Source: Mizuhopecten yessoensis (Eukaryota). Taken from it: a DNA stretch of 64,000 nucleotides. Positions 13,555 to 26,006 of the stretch are shown in pieces (the first letter of the stretch is position 1; each line of letters opens with the position of its first letter). Made by a program: the position numbers and the translations under genes. The stretch is from positions 1,168,145 to 1,232,144 of the forward strand of contig NW_018403543.1 of assembly GCF_002113885.1 (NCBI RefSeq). The letters are read 5' to 3'. Under the pieces are notes generated by a model, which saw nothing but the letters and a program-made list of their open reading frames with translations, was not told where the DNA came from and made no database searches.

Positions 13555-14935
13555 ACATATACATACATTAGACCAAGTCTATCTAGAGAGCCCGGTTTAT
13601 GTATACATACAATAGAATAAGTCTATCTAGAGAGACCGATATATGTATACATACTATAGAACAAGTCTATCTAGAGAGCACGATATATGTATACATACAT
13701 TTGAACAAGTCTATCTAGAGAGCCCGGTTTATCTATACATACAATAGAATAAGTCTATCTAGAGAGCCCGATATATGTATACATACTATAGAACAAGTCT
13801 ATCTAGAGAGCACGATTTATGTATACATACAATTGAACAAGTCTATCTAGAGAGCCCGATATATGTATACATACAATAGAACAAGTCTATCTAGAGAGCC
13901 CGATATATGTATACATACAAGAGAACAAGTCTATCTACAGAGCCCGGTATATATATACATACAATAGATCAAGTCTATCTAGAGATCCCGGTTTCTTTAT
14001 ACATAAAATAGAACAAGTCTTTCTAGAGAGCCCGGTTTATTTATACATACAATAGACCAAGTCTATGTATACATACAATTGAACAATTCTATCTAGAAAG
14101 CCCGATATATGTAACATACAATAGACCAAGTATATCTAGAGAGCCCGTTTTCTTTATACATACAAAAGAACAAGTCTATCTACAGAGCCCGGTATATATA
14201 TACATACAATAGACCAAGTATATCTAGAGAGCACGATATATGTATACATACTATAGAACAAGTCTATCTACAGAGCCCGGTATATATATACATACAATAG
14301 ATCAAGTCTATCTAGAGCGCCCGGTTTATGTATACACACAATAGAACAAGTCTGTCTAGAGAGCCCGATATATATATACATACAATAGAACAATTCTATC
14401 TAGAAAGCCCGATATATGTATACATACTATAGAACAAGTCTATCTACAGAGCCCGGTATATATATACATACAATAGAATAAGCCTATTTAGAGAGCCTGA
14501 TTTATGTCTACATACAATAGAACAAGGCTATCTAGAGAGCCCGTTTTCTTTATACATACAAAAGAACAAGTCTATCTACAGAGCCCGGTATATATATACA
14601 TACAATAGATCAAGTCTATCTAGAGAGCACGATATATGTAACATACAATAGACCAAGTATATCTAGAGAGCCCGGTTTCTTTATACATACAATAGATCAA
14701 GTCTATCTAGAGCGCCCGATTTATGTATACAAACAATAGACCAAGTCTATGTATACATACAATAGAACAAGTCTATCTAGAGAGCCCGATTTATGTATGC
14801 ATACAATAGACCAAGTCTATCTAGAGAGCCCGGTTTATGTATACATACAATAGAATAAGTCTATCTAGAGAGCCTGATTTATGTATACATACAATAGAAC
14901 AAGTCTATCTAGAGAGCCCGGTTTATGTATACATA
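13555..14935. repeat. ~44-bp minisatellite
   Basis: Unit TATACATACAATAGAACAAGTCTATCTAGAGAGCCCGATATATG repeated about 30 times with variants. Confidence 0.95.
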
Positions 14936-15814
14936 AAGATGTTTCAAAAATGAAAACACCACTCACTGCATTTTCTATATTCATCTGAATAAAATACTGT
15001 AGTTTACATTTTTTCAACTTCACTTCCTCAATTTTTCTATGTCGAGAGTGGTCGATGTTATAAAAAAGAACCGCCTTTTCATTATGACCTATCCAATACT
15101 TTATTTCGACAAAGAAATCAAGCTTATCGGCTTAGGTGCACTGAAGCATCAAAGTTGGTAGCCTTTCTTTTCATAGGGTAAAAATTACTGCTGGAAATTC
15201 TTTTAGTAATTGCCTAATAACGAGTGCACAAGGGTAAAGGGATGTATGTATTATTGTGTATCTCTTGTTTTTTGCAATTAACATTTTTGCAATAAATGAA
15301 TTTCTTCATTTTAACTTCATTATTGAGGTTATCCATTGCCCATTTGCAAATGCCATGAAAAAACATGAAAACTCCGCTTAAAGAGAATGCCTATTGAGAA
15401 TGGCAAGTGAATATCAAAACAATTACATATTGATCATATTTTCTCCAACAACTATGTACTAAGAAGATATACAATTATTAAATTTAATGAATTCCATTTA
15501 AAAAAAAAATCAAATCAAAGTGGGATAGTATACTCGTTCTAATTGTGAATATAATTTTAGAGGAATGTTAACATTTTTGTTTAATTAAGTACTCTGCAGG
15601 TATAATGATTAGTACCAAAAGAAACAACAATTATAAGTTCTCCTTTTATTTCAATTGACAAGATGGTGTTATCCAACTAGAGGTCCGGCATTATGTAACT
15701 TGATCAGGGCACAGTATAATTGCAATGATCAAAGTAAAATTGATTAATCTATTAAGAAATAAAAAAAAAAATCAGTATGTTTGAGTCTCGGTTTATTTCA
15801 GCTGACAACTACGT

Positions 15815-18800
15815 TTACCCTAGAAGTCCGGCACCTTGTAACTTGATCAGGGCATCGGTCAAGGTGCTGAGATATTGGCCTTCCGCCGCTGTGGAGAAAC
15901 GTATAATATATCATTGAATACGTGACAAACCAACAATTAATAGTTTTAAGTCATCCATAATTGATAGAAATAATATGAACATGCTGCCAGTCTACTTTGA
16001 ATACGGAAACAGAAAACTAAATATTTTACATACAAGATTAAGACATGTCTGTAGTTCTTTAAGATATGATCTGTATAAGGTAAACATTATAGAAAGTCCG
16101 TCTTGTACGTGTGGAAGTCAACATGAAAATTAATTTCATTATTTTTTCGAGTGTAATCTACATGAAAGAGAAAGGCGATTGTTATTACTTACATTATATG
16201 TATATGGTATTATAAACTTAGACTTATTATTAAATGGCATTTCAAATTTGTCTCTTGGGGAAAACATCCATGTATTAAAATCAGTACAGAAGTTTATTAA
16301 AGANNNNNNNNNNNNNNNNNNNNNNNNNNNNNNNNNNNNNNNNNNNNNNNNNNNNNNNNNNNNNNNNNNNNNNNNNNNNNNNNNNNNNNNNNNNNNNNNN
16401 NNNNNNNNNNNNNNNNNNNNNNNNNNNNNNNNNNNNNNNNGATTTGTGTAAAATCTATTGATGTTGCCATGTACATTGAATAAAATATTTCTGGGAGAAG
16501 GCTTCATAAGTTGGAATAACTTGTACCTAATCCATTTGCAAATTCTGCAATAAAATATGTTTAAATCAAATCATTGAATCTCAGCGGACTAAATATATAT
16601 AATTAACAGGTATTACAATCATACAAATCAAAATATATCTTATATGATTAAATGGCAATTAAATCATGGCTTTCAAATAAATATAATCACATATATTTAC
16701 ATAATTTTGCATTTTATTATGTAGATACGTTGTTAAATGTATTCCTTTACATAACATCTCACGATTGATTCCATCTCAAGTACACAACATGTACATCGTA
16801 AAACATGTTTAACCTTCAAAAATATGCTATATCTTTAACTATACGACAACTTTATAATCGTATAACTTAAATACCTGATAACTTAGGAATATGTGTTAAT
16901 AATTTGATAGCGCGTTATCACATTAATTGTGTTATATTTTTAAACCTAAAAAAAATGTATTATGATGTTTAACCTGATAACCTAGTTATTCGGGATATGT
17001 TTTTAACCTGATTATTCATAATTTGTGTTATAATGTTTAACCTGATAATTTAGTAATTTGTGTTATAATTGTTAACCTGATAACACAAGTATTCGTGTAA
17101 TAATGTTTAACATGAAAACTCAGTAATTTGTGTTATAATGTTTAACTTGATAACCCAGTAATTCGTGTTAGGAATTTTAAAACTGATAACTCAGTAGTTT
17201 GTGTTATAATTTTCAACTCCATAACATAGAAGTTTGTGTTATAATTTTTAACCTGATAGCATAGTTATTCATGTTATGACTTAATATTTCGATAACGCAA
17301 AAGTAGCTTCATGCATATGATTATCGATGATATACTTACCCAAACAATTATCAACGGCGAGCACGAACCCGCTACAGCACGTGATCTGTTCGTCTGGACA
17401 GACGCTCTTGTTAGGGACGAGCTGGTAATCGATGTAGGTAATCAGTTTCTCACTGTATTAACAATAAACAATGTAATAATATAGCTGGTGATGTAATGGT
17501 TAGAACAAAATCAACATGTGATTTACACACTATAAACATCTTCTGGATACTATATATAACTTATTCGAGTCAGCCATCGACTTGATATGCTGCTACACTT
17601 TCTTCTTGCGTTTCATGCTCATCTTGTTAGCTCCAAATTAAATAGACAAATCAATTTCGGGAAAAAATCCTGAATGGGAGGAGGATAAATAAGATCAAAG
17701 AGAAACAATAAACGTTAATATTTTCACATATTTCATAATGCTAGAAGATAATATGGCAGATTATTTTTAGATAAACTTATAGTCTACAAGGCCTGGGTCC
17801 GTATTTATGAAACCGTTCTCATGCTAAAGCATGGATTTTGTGCCCAAATCAGCTTCTTTTAATTAGCTTAAATAATTTGAGTATGTCGAAAAGTCTAGAC
17901 ATCTGTTCTTTCAAACATTCATTACCGGAACTAGAAATTGAGCTTGAGTACAGATCTAGATTCGGACATGAGAAAAGTTTTACGAATACGTATCCTGGAT
18001 CAAATATATTATTGTAGATCGACTCACACATATTTGATATCTGTAGTCTCGCACGTCTTGGTGTTCAGGAATCCGCATCCGTCCTGTGTGTGTGTCTGGA
18101 CTGACTCTCTGATTGTCTTGGACGCGATCTTTGACATCTGGGTATTGCTTACCACTTGGTCTGCACCATTCTTACAACACCAGTTACTGTAACAGAGTGT
18201 TGGTTATAACAACGTAGTTAACACCAGAAACCGTTCAAATCATAATCAGGTAGCGAAATACATTCACCGTTGTGATACAGATCTCACTTTTCGATCATTT
18301 CCAATAGTGTTAATATCGATATTTATAATAAAACCACTGCTTACATATATTAAACCCTTTTTCATAAAAATGTATGAAGTGCAATTTTTATTTATTAATC
18401 TCACTACTGAGGTGATTTTATAAGATAATGTTCTGCAATGTCAATACACGATATTTTTACTTTTATATAGAAACGCTTATTCTAATAATAAAAAGTATGT
18501 TTTTTTAATATTTACCAAAGTGTAGTATTCTACTATACAAATAGAATATATGTGTCTTCTCACCGACAATAAGCAGCCAATTTTTTAACATTATTTTAGG
18601 AAACCTGTGTTACTAAACGATCACATTCAACAATAAGGTGTAACTTCATCGATCATCAATTTAACCTGTGTTAATACTTCACCTGGTGTCGCCTATTTTC
18701 TTTCCTCTCCTCAGCATCAGTTGCAAATGTCGGGGAATCTGGTCATAGTGCACTCTTGCTAATAAATCAAGTTCGTCCTGTGTATACACACGGGACTCGG

Positions 18801-18855
18801 AAACATGCCAGAGTGCGAACACTACCAGCACCTGTACCAAAAACAGTTTGTACAT
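15815..18855 (-). CDS. Secreted EMI-like domain protein B, 4 exons, 172 aa
   Basis: Exons 18855-18683, 18186-18028, 17452-17340 and 15888-15815 have GT-AG introns, phases 2,2,1. Protein: MYKLFLVQVLVVFALWHVSES...GDTSNWCCKNG...QDGCGFLNTKTCETTDIKYVEKLITYIDYQLVPNKSVCPDEQITCCSGFVLAVDNCLAAEGQYLSTLTDALIKLQGAGLLG*. AATAAA near 15795. Exon 3 is 113 nt, as in paralog A. Confidence 0.85.
16005..16560 (+). mobile_element. 3' end of a CR1/L2-group LINE spanning an N gap, in intron 3 of gene B
   Basis: Encodes RKLNILHTRLRHVCSSLRYDLYKVNIIESPSCTCGSQHEN..HYFFEC, a C-terminal CCHC-type motif, followed by a 3' UTR with AATAAA. Confidence 0.65.
16960..17295. repeat. Degenerate ~35-bp tandem repeat
   Basis: TTTAACCTGATAAC..AGTAATTTGTGTTATAATG recurs about 9 times. 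Confidence 0.75.
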
Positions 18856-20116
18856 TTTACTTTGATGGTAGGCAAACAGATCACGTCTGACAGTGGACAA
18901 AATACACCTTTCTTTAAATAGGATGATAAGCATGTGTCAACACCTGTAAGGGCGTATACCAGGTCATGTTATATCAGTTACACAGATAAGCAATCTCCGT
19001 CCACAGTTGCAAACTTAGCATTTAATATATGTAACTAGCTAGCATTAACCTATAAATTGCCATTACTTAATTGACAAGAAAATCTTAATAGAAGGTGTAT
19101 TGCATCATAAAAATTTCTCCCACTTTCTCTTTTTGATTTACTTCCAATGTAATAATGTAATAGCTATTAAAATGATTGCTACATATTTACCATATTTTAT
19201 TTTATTTATTTTTGATTTTATTTATTTATTGTTTGATTTATTTGCTTTCATTTCACCTACACAATGTCACTACTGTGTAAATGATACGGAGGTTACAGAT
19301 GTGAGTTTAACAAAGGGGTTGTACATAGCAACACTATCGTATATTTCTTGTATATTGCAGACAAAGGCCGCAAATGCTTCTGAGTTCTGCTTCACTTTTG
19401 ATCAATGCCTACTCTTATTGTACATATGAATTACTGATTGTGAGTTAGCTTTATTTAATGAGAGTATTAATGTGCGTGTGTTGGATACATGATTCTGAGA
19501 TCCTATGAGTTCATCCCGATTGTGTTTATAATGTTGGAGTTATCTCCCCTGATTCATAACATTGTGTTACTTTATATTATTTTTTATTTCAATGTATCCC
19601 TAAATTAATTTATCAATATTCTTAGTACATTGTATATGAAATTAAATCAAATTTTGAGCCATTCATGGATAGAAGATAATATGTAGACTTGTTATTCAAT
19701 CTATTTGACTACTAAGTATTACATGTGTCAATACAATTTGTTGAAATCAAATGAAATGCTTCACCAATCCACATTACGTAAATATTGTTTGCATAGAACA
19801 TCGTTGCAATAAGACAACACTATGTACCTTTGATTATTTTGTCTTAATACAGCAACGCTTTACATATTTAAAGTATAATCTTAAAGTAATTTGGTGTATG
19901 CATTTTACAGATATGATCATGTATATGTTAAGTGGTGCTTTATTAACGAATTATAATTATTAAACCTATACCTCATTAGTCTTGTTCATATTTTAGAATC
20001 CCCGTACCACTGCAAAAGAAATTAATTCCTTGCGGGACTTTTATGAAAAATACTTTTGATAAAATAAACAAAATATAATCAACAAAAGTGTTTTGAATGT
20101 AAAAGAAAATCAGCAG

Positions 20117-20186
20117 AGCTAGCCCGGGAATTGAACCCTGGACTTCAGATTGCTATACCATCGCTCTAACCGATTGAGCTAATGTA
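20117..20186 (-). pseudogene. tRNA-like sequence (pseudo-tRNA or SINE head)
   Basis: Minus strand reads TAGCTCAATCGGTTAGAGCG...GGTTCAATTCCCGG, with A and B boxes but imperfect stems. Confidence 0.55.
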
Positions 20187-20759
20187 CCTGGTCAACGGAG
20201 GTGCCTTTGTCCAGCTGTGCTACAGTTATACCCAAAACGATATCAAGGGGGTTGGGGTGCAGAGGGTTGGAGTTACTGTATATATAGGAAAAAGGCACAA
20301 TGCAGGGGGACAGGTATATCCATAAAACATAATAAGACCCTTATGATGTAAGTATTTTACAAAAATATATCACTCTATACACTGTTTCCAAGTCGATTTC
20401 CTTCTTACTTCACTAGCCAGGTACAAGTTTTAACATTGAAACTTAGAACGATGTCTCACTAGCTGCACTTCTGTCGTGGACAAAACCCCAGACCGAACAA
20501 TTTCAAGTACTATAGGTGAATAGTGTAATACAAATGATATCCAATGTATCCATATATAGATATTATATAAGTGATATTATACAAAGCAAATGCTGTCCGT
20601 GAACCTCCCTGTGGTGACAGGGAGTTAGAACATTGGCTGTTGTGGTGTTCGAGGGGGGTCACATTTAAAATAAAAAAGGGAAAAGGGGTATAGTGTGGTT
20701 AATTTTAATTGTTCATACGACTACGGTCGCCTTCTTGCTTCGTATTAGAGTGAATTTCT

Positions 20760-20830
20760 CTATATAGCTCCTTCGGTAGAGCGATGGACGGGGAAACTGG
20801 GGGTCGTGGGTTCGATACCGGTGGAAGCGA
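20760..20830 (+). pseudogene. tRNA-like sequence (pseudo-tRNA or SINE head)
   Basis: TAGCTCCTTCGGTAGAGCG...GGTCGTGGGTTCGATACC. Confidence 0.55.
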
Positions 20831-21539
20831 ACTACCCTCTTTCCTGTTAGAAAGTCTAAGTTTGTTCAAGTAAACAAATATTGTTGTGTTGTTTTAAATA
20901 AATATAATTAGTGAATCCTGTTCATGTTGTGATAAGGAGCTAATATCTTTCTTTATTACACGGTGGACATATAACGTATTGATTTCATGGAACGTTATGT
21001 GTCTCTCTCCATTTAACTTATTTTATCATATTTTTAATACGAAAGTGTAATATAATCCTCTTAATTAGTTGATGAAAATGAAGAACATAAAAGCAAATGG
21101 CATATCGATTCCTACCTTTACATTTTGTTATATTTAGGTACCTCATTTTCTATGGCGTATATCAGACCTGATTCTATCGGTCATTGATTGACTGATTTTA
21201 CGTCCGCGTCACTACCGGGGAGTTCGGTTATCCAGCAGGCGAAAAAAAGACAGGAAAATGAGTTAAAGGGATAAAGTGTGGAGTGTAAGAATAGAAAAGG
21301 GTGACAGAGGAGTTGTATAGATCATCGATCACCCTACGTATATGCCGAAAGAATAGTCGTGACGTCATGGAAAATCCATTTAAATGGACTATTTTTAACT
21401 ATGTCTGTATAGTATGGTATGTGTTTACTTGGGCATTACCTTAATATATATATATATATACATGTATCCACGGCTCTCAAAGGAGGGGAAATAAACATAA
21501 ACTACACATATACAGCTTCCCAATACAGAGGAAGGAAGC

Positions 21540-24500
21540 ATGTCAGCACAAACGGAGGACCAGAGGAGAGAAGACAGGGAATCTGTTGCTGTCCGTCTAG
21601 CCAGCTTACAACGGGTGGACGGTAACAAACATTGTGCTGATTGCGGTGAGCGAGGTAATTAACTGTTTTATTTACGGTATCGAATGTAAACAAGTACCGT
21701 ATGTTAATATTCATAAACCAACACTCTGTATAAAACATTAATTAATGGAAGTAAAAGTTTTCTCGTCAAACAGTGCCAACAGTCGTGGAATTATCCTATT
21801 AACAATGGGCTCAATTACACTAGTTCAGCAGACCTATACATTTATGCTATTAACAATGGGCTCAATTACACTATTTCAGCAGACCTATGCATTTATCCTA
21901 TTAACAATGGGCTCACTGACACTATTTCAGCAGACCTATGCATTTATCCTATTAACAATGGGGTCACTGACACTATTTCAGCAGACCTATACATTTATCC
22001 TATTAACAATGGGCTCAATTACACTATTTCAGCAGACCTATACATTTATCCTATTAACAATGGGCTCACTGACACTATTTCAGCAGACCTATACATTTAT
22101 CCTATTAACAATGGGCTCACTGACACTATTTCAGCAGACCTATACATTTATCCTATTAACAATGGGCTCACTGACACTATTTCAGCAGACCTATACATTT
22201 ATCCTATTAACAATGGGCTCACTGACACTATTTCAGCAGACCTATACATTTATCCTATTAACAATGGGCTCACTGACACTATTTCAGCAGACCTATACAT
22301 TTATCCTATTAACAATGGGCTCACTGACACTATTTCAGCAGACCTATACATTTATCCTATTAACAATGGGCTCACTGACACTATTTCAGCAGACCTATAC
22401 ATTTATCCTATTAACAATGGGCTCACTGACACTATTTCAGCAGACCTATACATTTATCCTATTAACAATGGGCTCACTGACACTATTTCAGCAGACCTAT
22501 ACATTTATCCTATTAACAATGGGCTCACTGACACTATTTCAGCAGACCTATACATTTATCCTATTAACAATGGGCTCACTGACACTATTTCAGCAGACCT
22601 ATACATTTATCCTATTAACAATGGGCTCACTGACACTATTTCAGCAGACCTATACATTTATCCTATTAACAATGGGCTCACTGACACTATTTCAGCAGAC
22701 CTATACATTTATCCTATTAACAATGGGCTCACTGACACTATTTCAGCAGACCTATACATTTATCCTATTCGAATTTTTCGAATTCACCACTATAGCTGTT
22801 ACTTGTTACCTTTTCCGTTTGTTTTATTCCTTTTTACCCTGACAACTTGTTGATTATCTCACGATCATTTTAACTTTAAAGCACCAAAGTGGGCCTCCTG
22901 GAACCTGGGCGTGTTCATTTGCTTGCAATGCGCAGGGCTACACAGAAACCACTTGGGCACACACATCAGCAAAATAAGATCCGTGCATCTGGACGCGTGG
23001 ACCGAAGAACAGGTTGCCGTAAGTTAAAAAGTTTCTGTTCGTTTATATGCAAAATTGAGAACTTGAAATATGTGCCGCTGGTATTATTAAATTATGTGTG
23101 ATCTTCGAGTTTACTATAACCGACACTATGGGGTTTGAATTATACAACTATGACATTCAAGAAATATTTGTATTGTAAATGTGTAATCTTACTATTGAAC
23201 GAACATTGATATATTAGTAAAATGATCGAACATGGTAATTAGTAAAAAAGTATTGTAAAAACATATTTAATGTATTGTAGAATATGGAGCAGATGGGAAA
23301 CATCAAAGCAAACGCAGTATATGAGGCTAATCTTCCTGAAGATTTTGAACGACCACAAGACAATGAGTATCCACCCAAAATGATGACCATATGTATGTTT
23401 GGTCTCGTGCGCCGCGACTAGCGTAGTCTCGGATAATATAGAGATGTATTATGTAGGTATAAAGAATGGTTGATATCGACATGGTTGTTTATCAACAGGG
23501 TTTGATATTGTCGACAGGGTGTTGTGTATGTATGAGTTATTATCAGTAAGCTTTTGTACTGGAGTGGTAGGCTATCGACCGGGTATGGTATGGTTCGCTT
23601 TTGATAATGTCTATTTACAGCGTTTGGAACTTCCATAGCTTATTATCACCTACTCCAACAATGTTAGAGGTTTTACACGGCGAAAAACTTTTGACAGGCG
23701 CCGCGTAACCTCTAACTGCCCATAGCTGATTTTCCCGATGCTGACTATCACATTTTCAAAGTTCGGATTAAGAAAGAGTATATCGTGTTTACATACATTT
23801 AAATGGTCAAAAGGGTCCAATAAATATTCCTTTCCATAAATCCATGATTATATGAGAAAAATTTCATGTCAAAGACATAAATAATGAGTTTTTCCTCATT
23901 CGAAGCGAAGCAGACAGCATTTGCCATGATTTTTCCGGTTAATACAAAAATGGATTACATGTAATGTTTCACAAGCGGAATACAAACAAACTCCGTATCA
24001 TTTCGTTCCGTTTGAAATCCCCCCTGATATTTTGTATTAATCCAGAAGCCATGTTTTAAATGTAGGTCAGAGATGTGCTACAACGACATGGACATGTATT
24101 TTGAGTGTTCTATTCCGTAATATACTATATATTTGTGTCTGTGACATATATATGAGATCTATATTATATAAACCGTGAGTAGACATCGTTGTCATGAACT
24201 GTTAACCACTTATGTGAGTTTTTCAAGCCGATTTTGTTCCGCCCGGATTTCGGGCGGAAACTGCATCAAAGAATTAGTGCTTCGGAAATGAGAGGTCGCA
24301 GTCGGCAAAATCATATCCAATTGAAAAACATGCCGACCAGCGGCCTCTCATGTTATGGGAGTAATTATCACCAAGAGTCGGAATATATGTGACTTACTTT
24401 TAAAAAGGTCAGAGATAGCCAACTACGGTTCGGTAAAATTGGGTACTAGTTCGTAGAAAATATCAAACCATAACTCTGAAAATCACGATCTAAACATGGA

Positions 24501-25947
24501 GTTTTGGACAATTATCACAGCCCCTGATCAATATTTATAAAATTTCCAAGTTGGTGTGGAAACAAGAAACAGCTCCTTAACAAATATACAGAGCTGACCG
24601 GAAGTCGTTTTTAATAGACAAATACCAGCTTAGGAAGTACATGTCTACAAATGTAGCAGATGATTCCATCAGAACCCCAACAACGAATGGAGGAGAAACC
24701 AGCTCGTCCGGAAAGGTATTTGTAAGGATACCACAGGTCAGGCTCAAAACGTGATGTAATAGTTATGTATATTCATTGATGATATTACATTTGGACAGTG
24801 ATAGTTTAATCCACTATCACTGTTAACAGATTATTTCATCTTCATTTATAACACGTTACCTCACAATCATATGTTAGTAAAGAAACAACACTTCGGTATA
24901 GACGCTCGACACGATTCAAAATAAAATCCCGCTGCTATATATTTATCAAGATTTCAAAAAAGTTCTATACACCAAGCAATGTGTTCATGCTAGGATAATT
25001 GTTTTTTCATATTTTATATAGCATAATGAACATCTGGATATCGACTCAATATAATTACGTTAATTGTTTTCCCAAATCAAGGCTAAGTGTTTTCCTTTAT
25101 TGTTGTTGAATTTAGGTTTCAAATATAGTCAATTGATTATTGAAATAATAGTGTTAATTTCATTCTCTCTTAGATGATTAAGTAAACATTGCAATTCAAC
25201 TTAACATGTATTTGTTAGGGCAATATTTGTTTCAATACTACCGATACGTATACACTTAACCATTTTTACCAATTTTTCATCAGGCTACCAAAGAAAGGGA
25301 ATTTGCTGCTGTCCGTATAGCAAAATTACTGCAAGTGGACGGTAACAACCAGTGTGCTGATTGCGGTGAGCTAGGTAAGTGTTAGCTGTGGTATATGGAT
25401 ACCGTATCGAATGGAAGAAGGTAGTACCAAACCTACCCGTACGCCAACAGTATTATACGAACTCACCATACTAAATATGTCTTAAATTAAGGTAAAAAAA
25501 TAAAAAATCGTGATCAGTTTTCGCATTTGAAACTGTCAACAGTCGTAGTTATATATGCTATCTAAAATGAGCTTACTGACACTTTGTCATCCTACATATA
25601 CATAGACTTCTTACATCCATTTATAACCGACAGATCGGTCTCTCCATTACAGAGATGATTTCAACAATCCTAAGAACTTATTCTGTCCATTTATTACAGA
25701 CAGACCGGTCTCTCTGTTACAGAGTCTATTTCAACAGTCCTAAATATTTATTCTGTCCAAATATTACCGACAGACCAGTGTCTCCATTACAGCATCAGTT
25801 CCAAGTCATAAAACCGCATTTTGTCCATTTACTTCTGACAAACTGATCTCTCCTTCTGTCTCTTTTCTGTTATGTTTCACCAAAGGCAATAGAAAACTTG
25901 TATTAGTAGCAAACTTAATAGTTCTGAGAATATGCCCTGTTTTAGTA

Positions 25948-26006
<59 letters not shown>

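Noticed and set aside
13455-20830. Three tRNA-like sequences as functional tRNA genes
   Set aside because: Acceptor and anticodon stems do not pair properly, so they are treated as pseudo-tRNAs or SINE heads.
21745-22842. 365-aa ORF of 17-aa repeats
   Set aside because: It is a by-product of a stop-free 51-bp minisatellite inside ArfGAP intron 1, with almost no variation between units to suggest coding.
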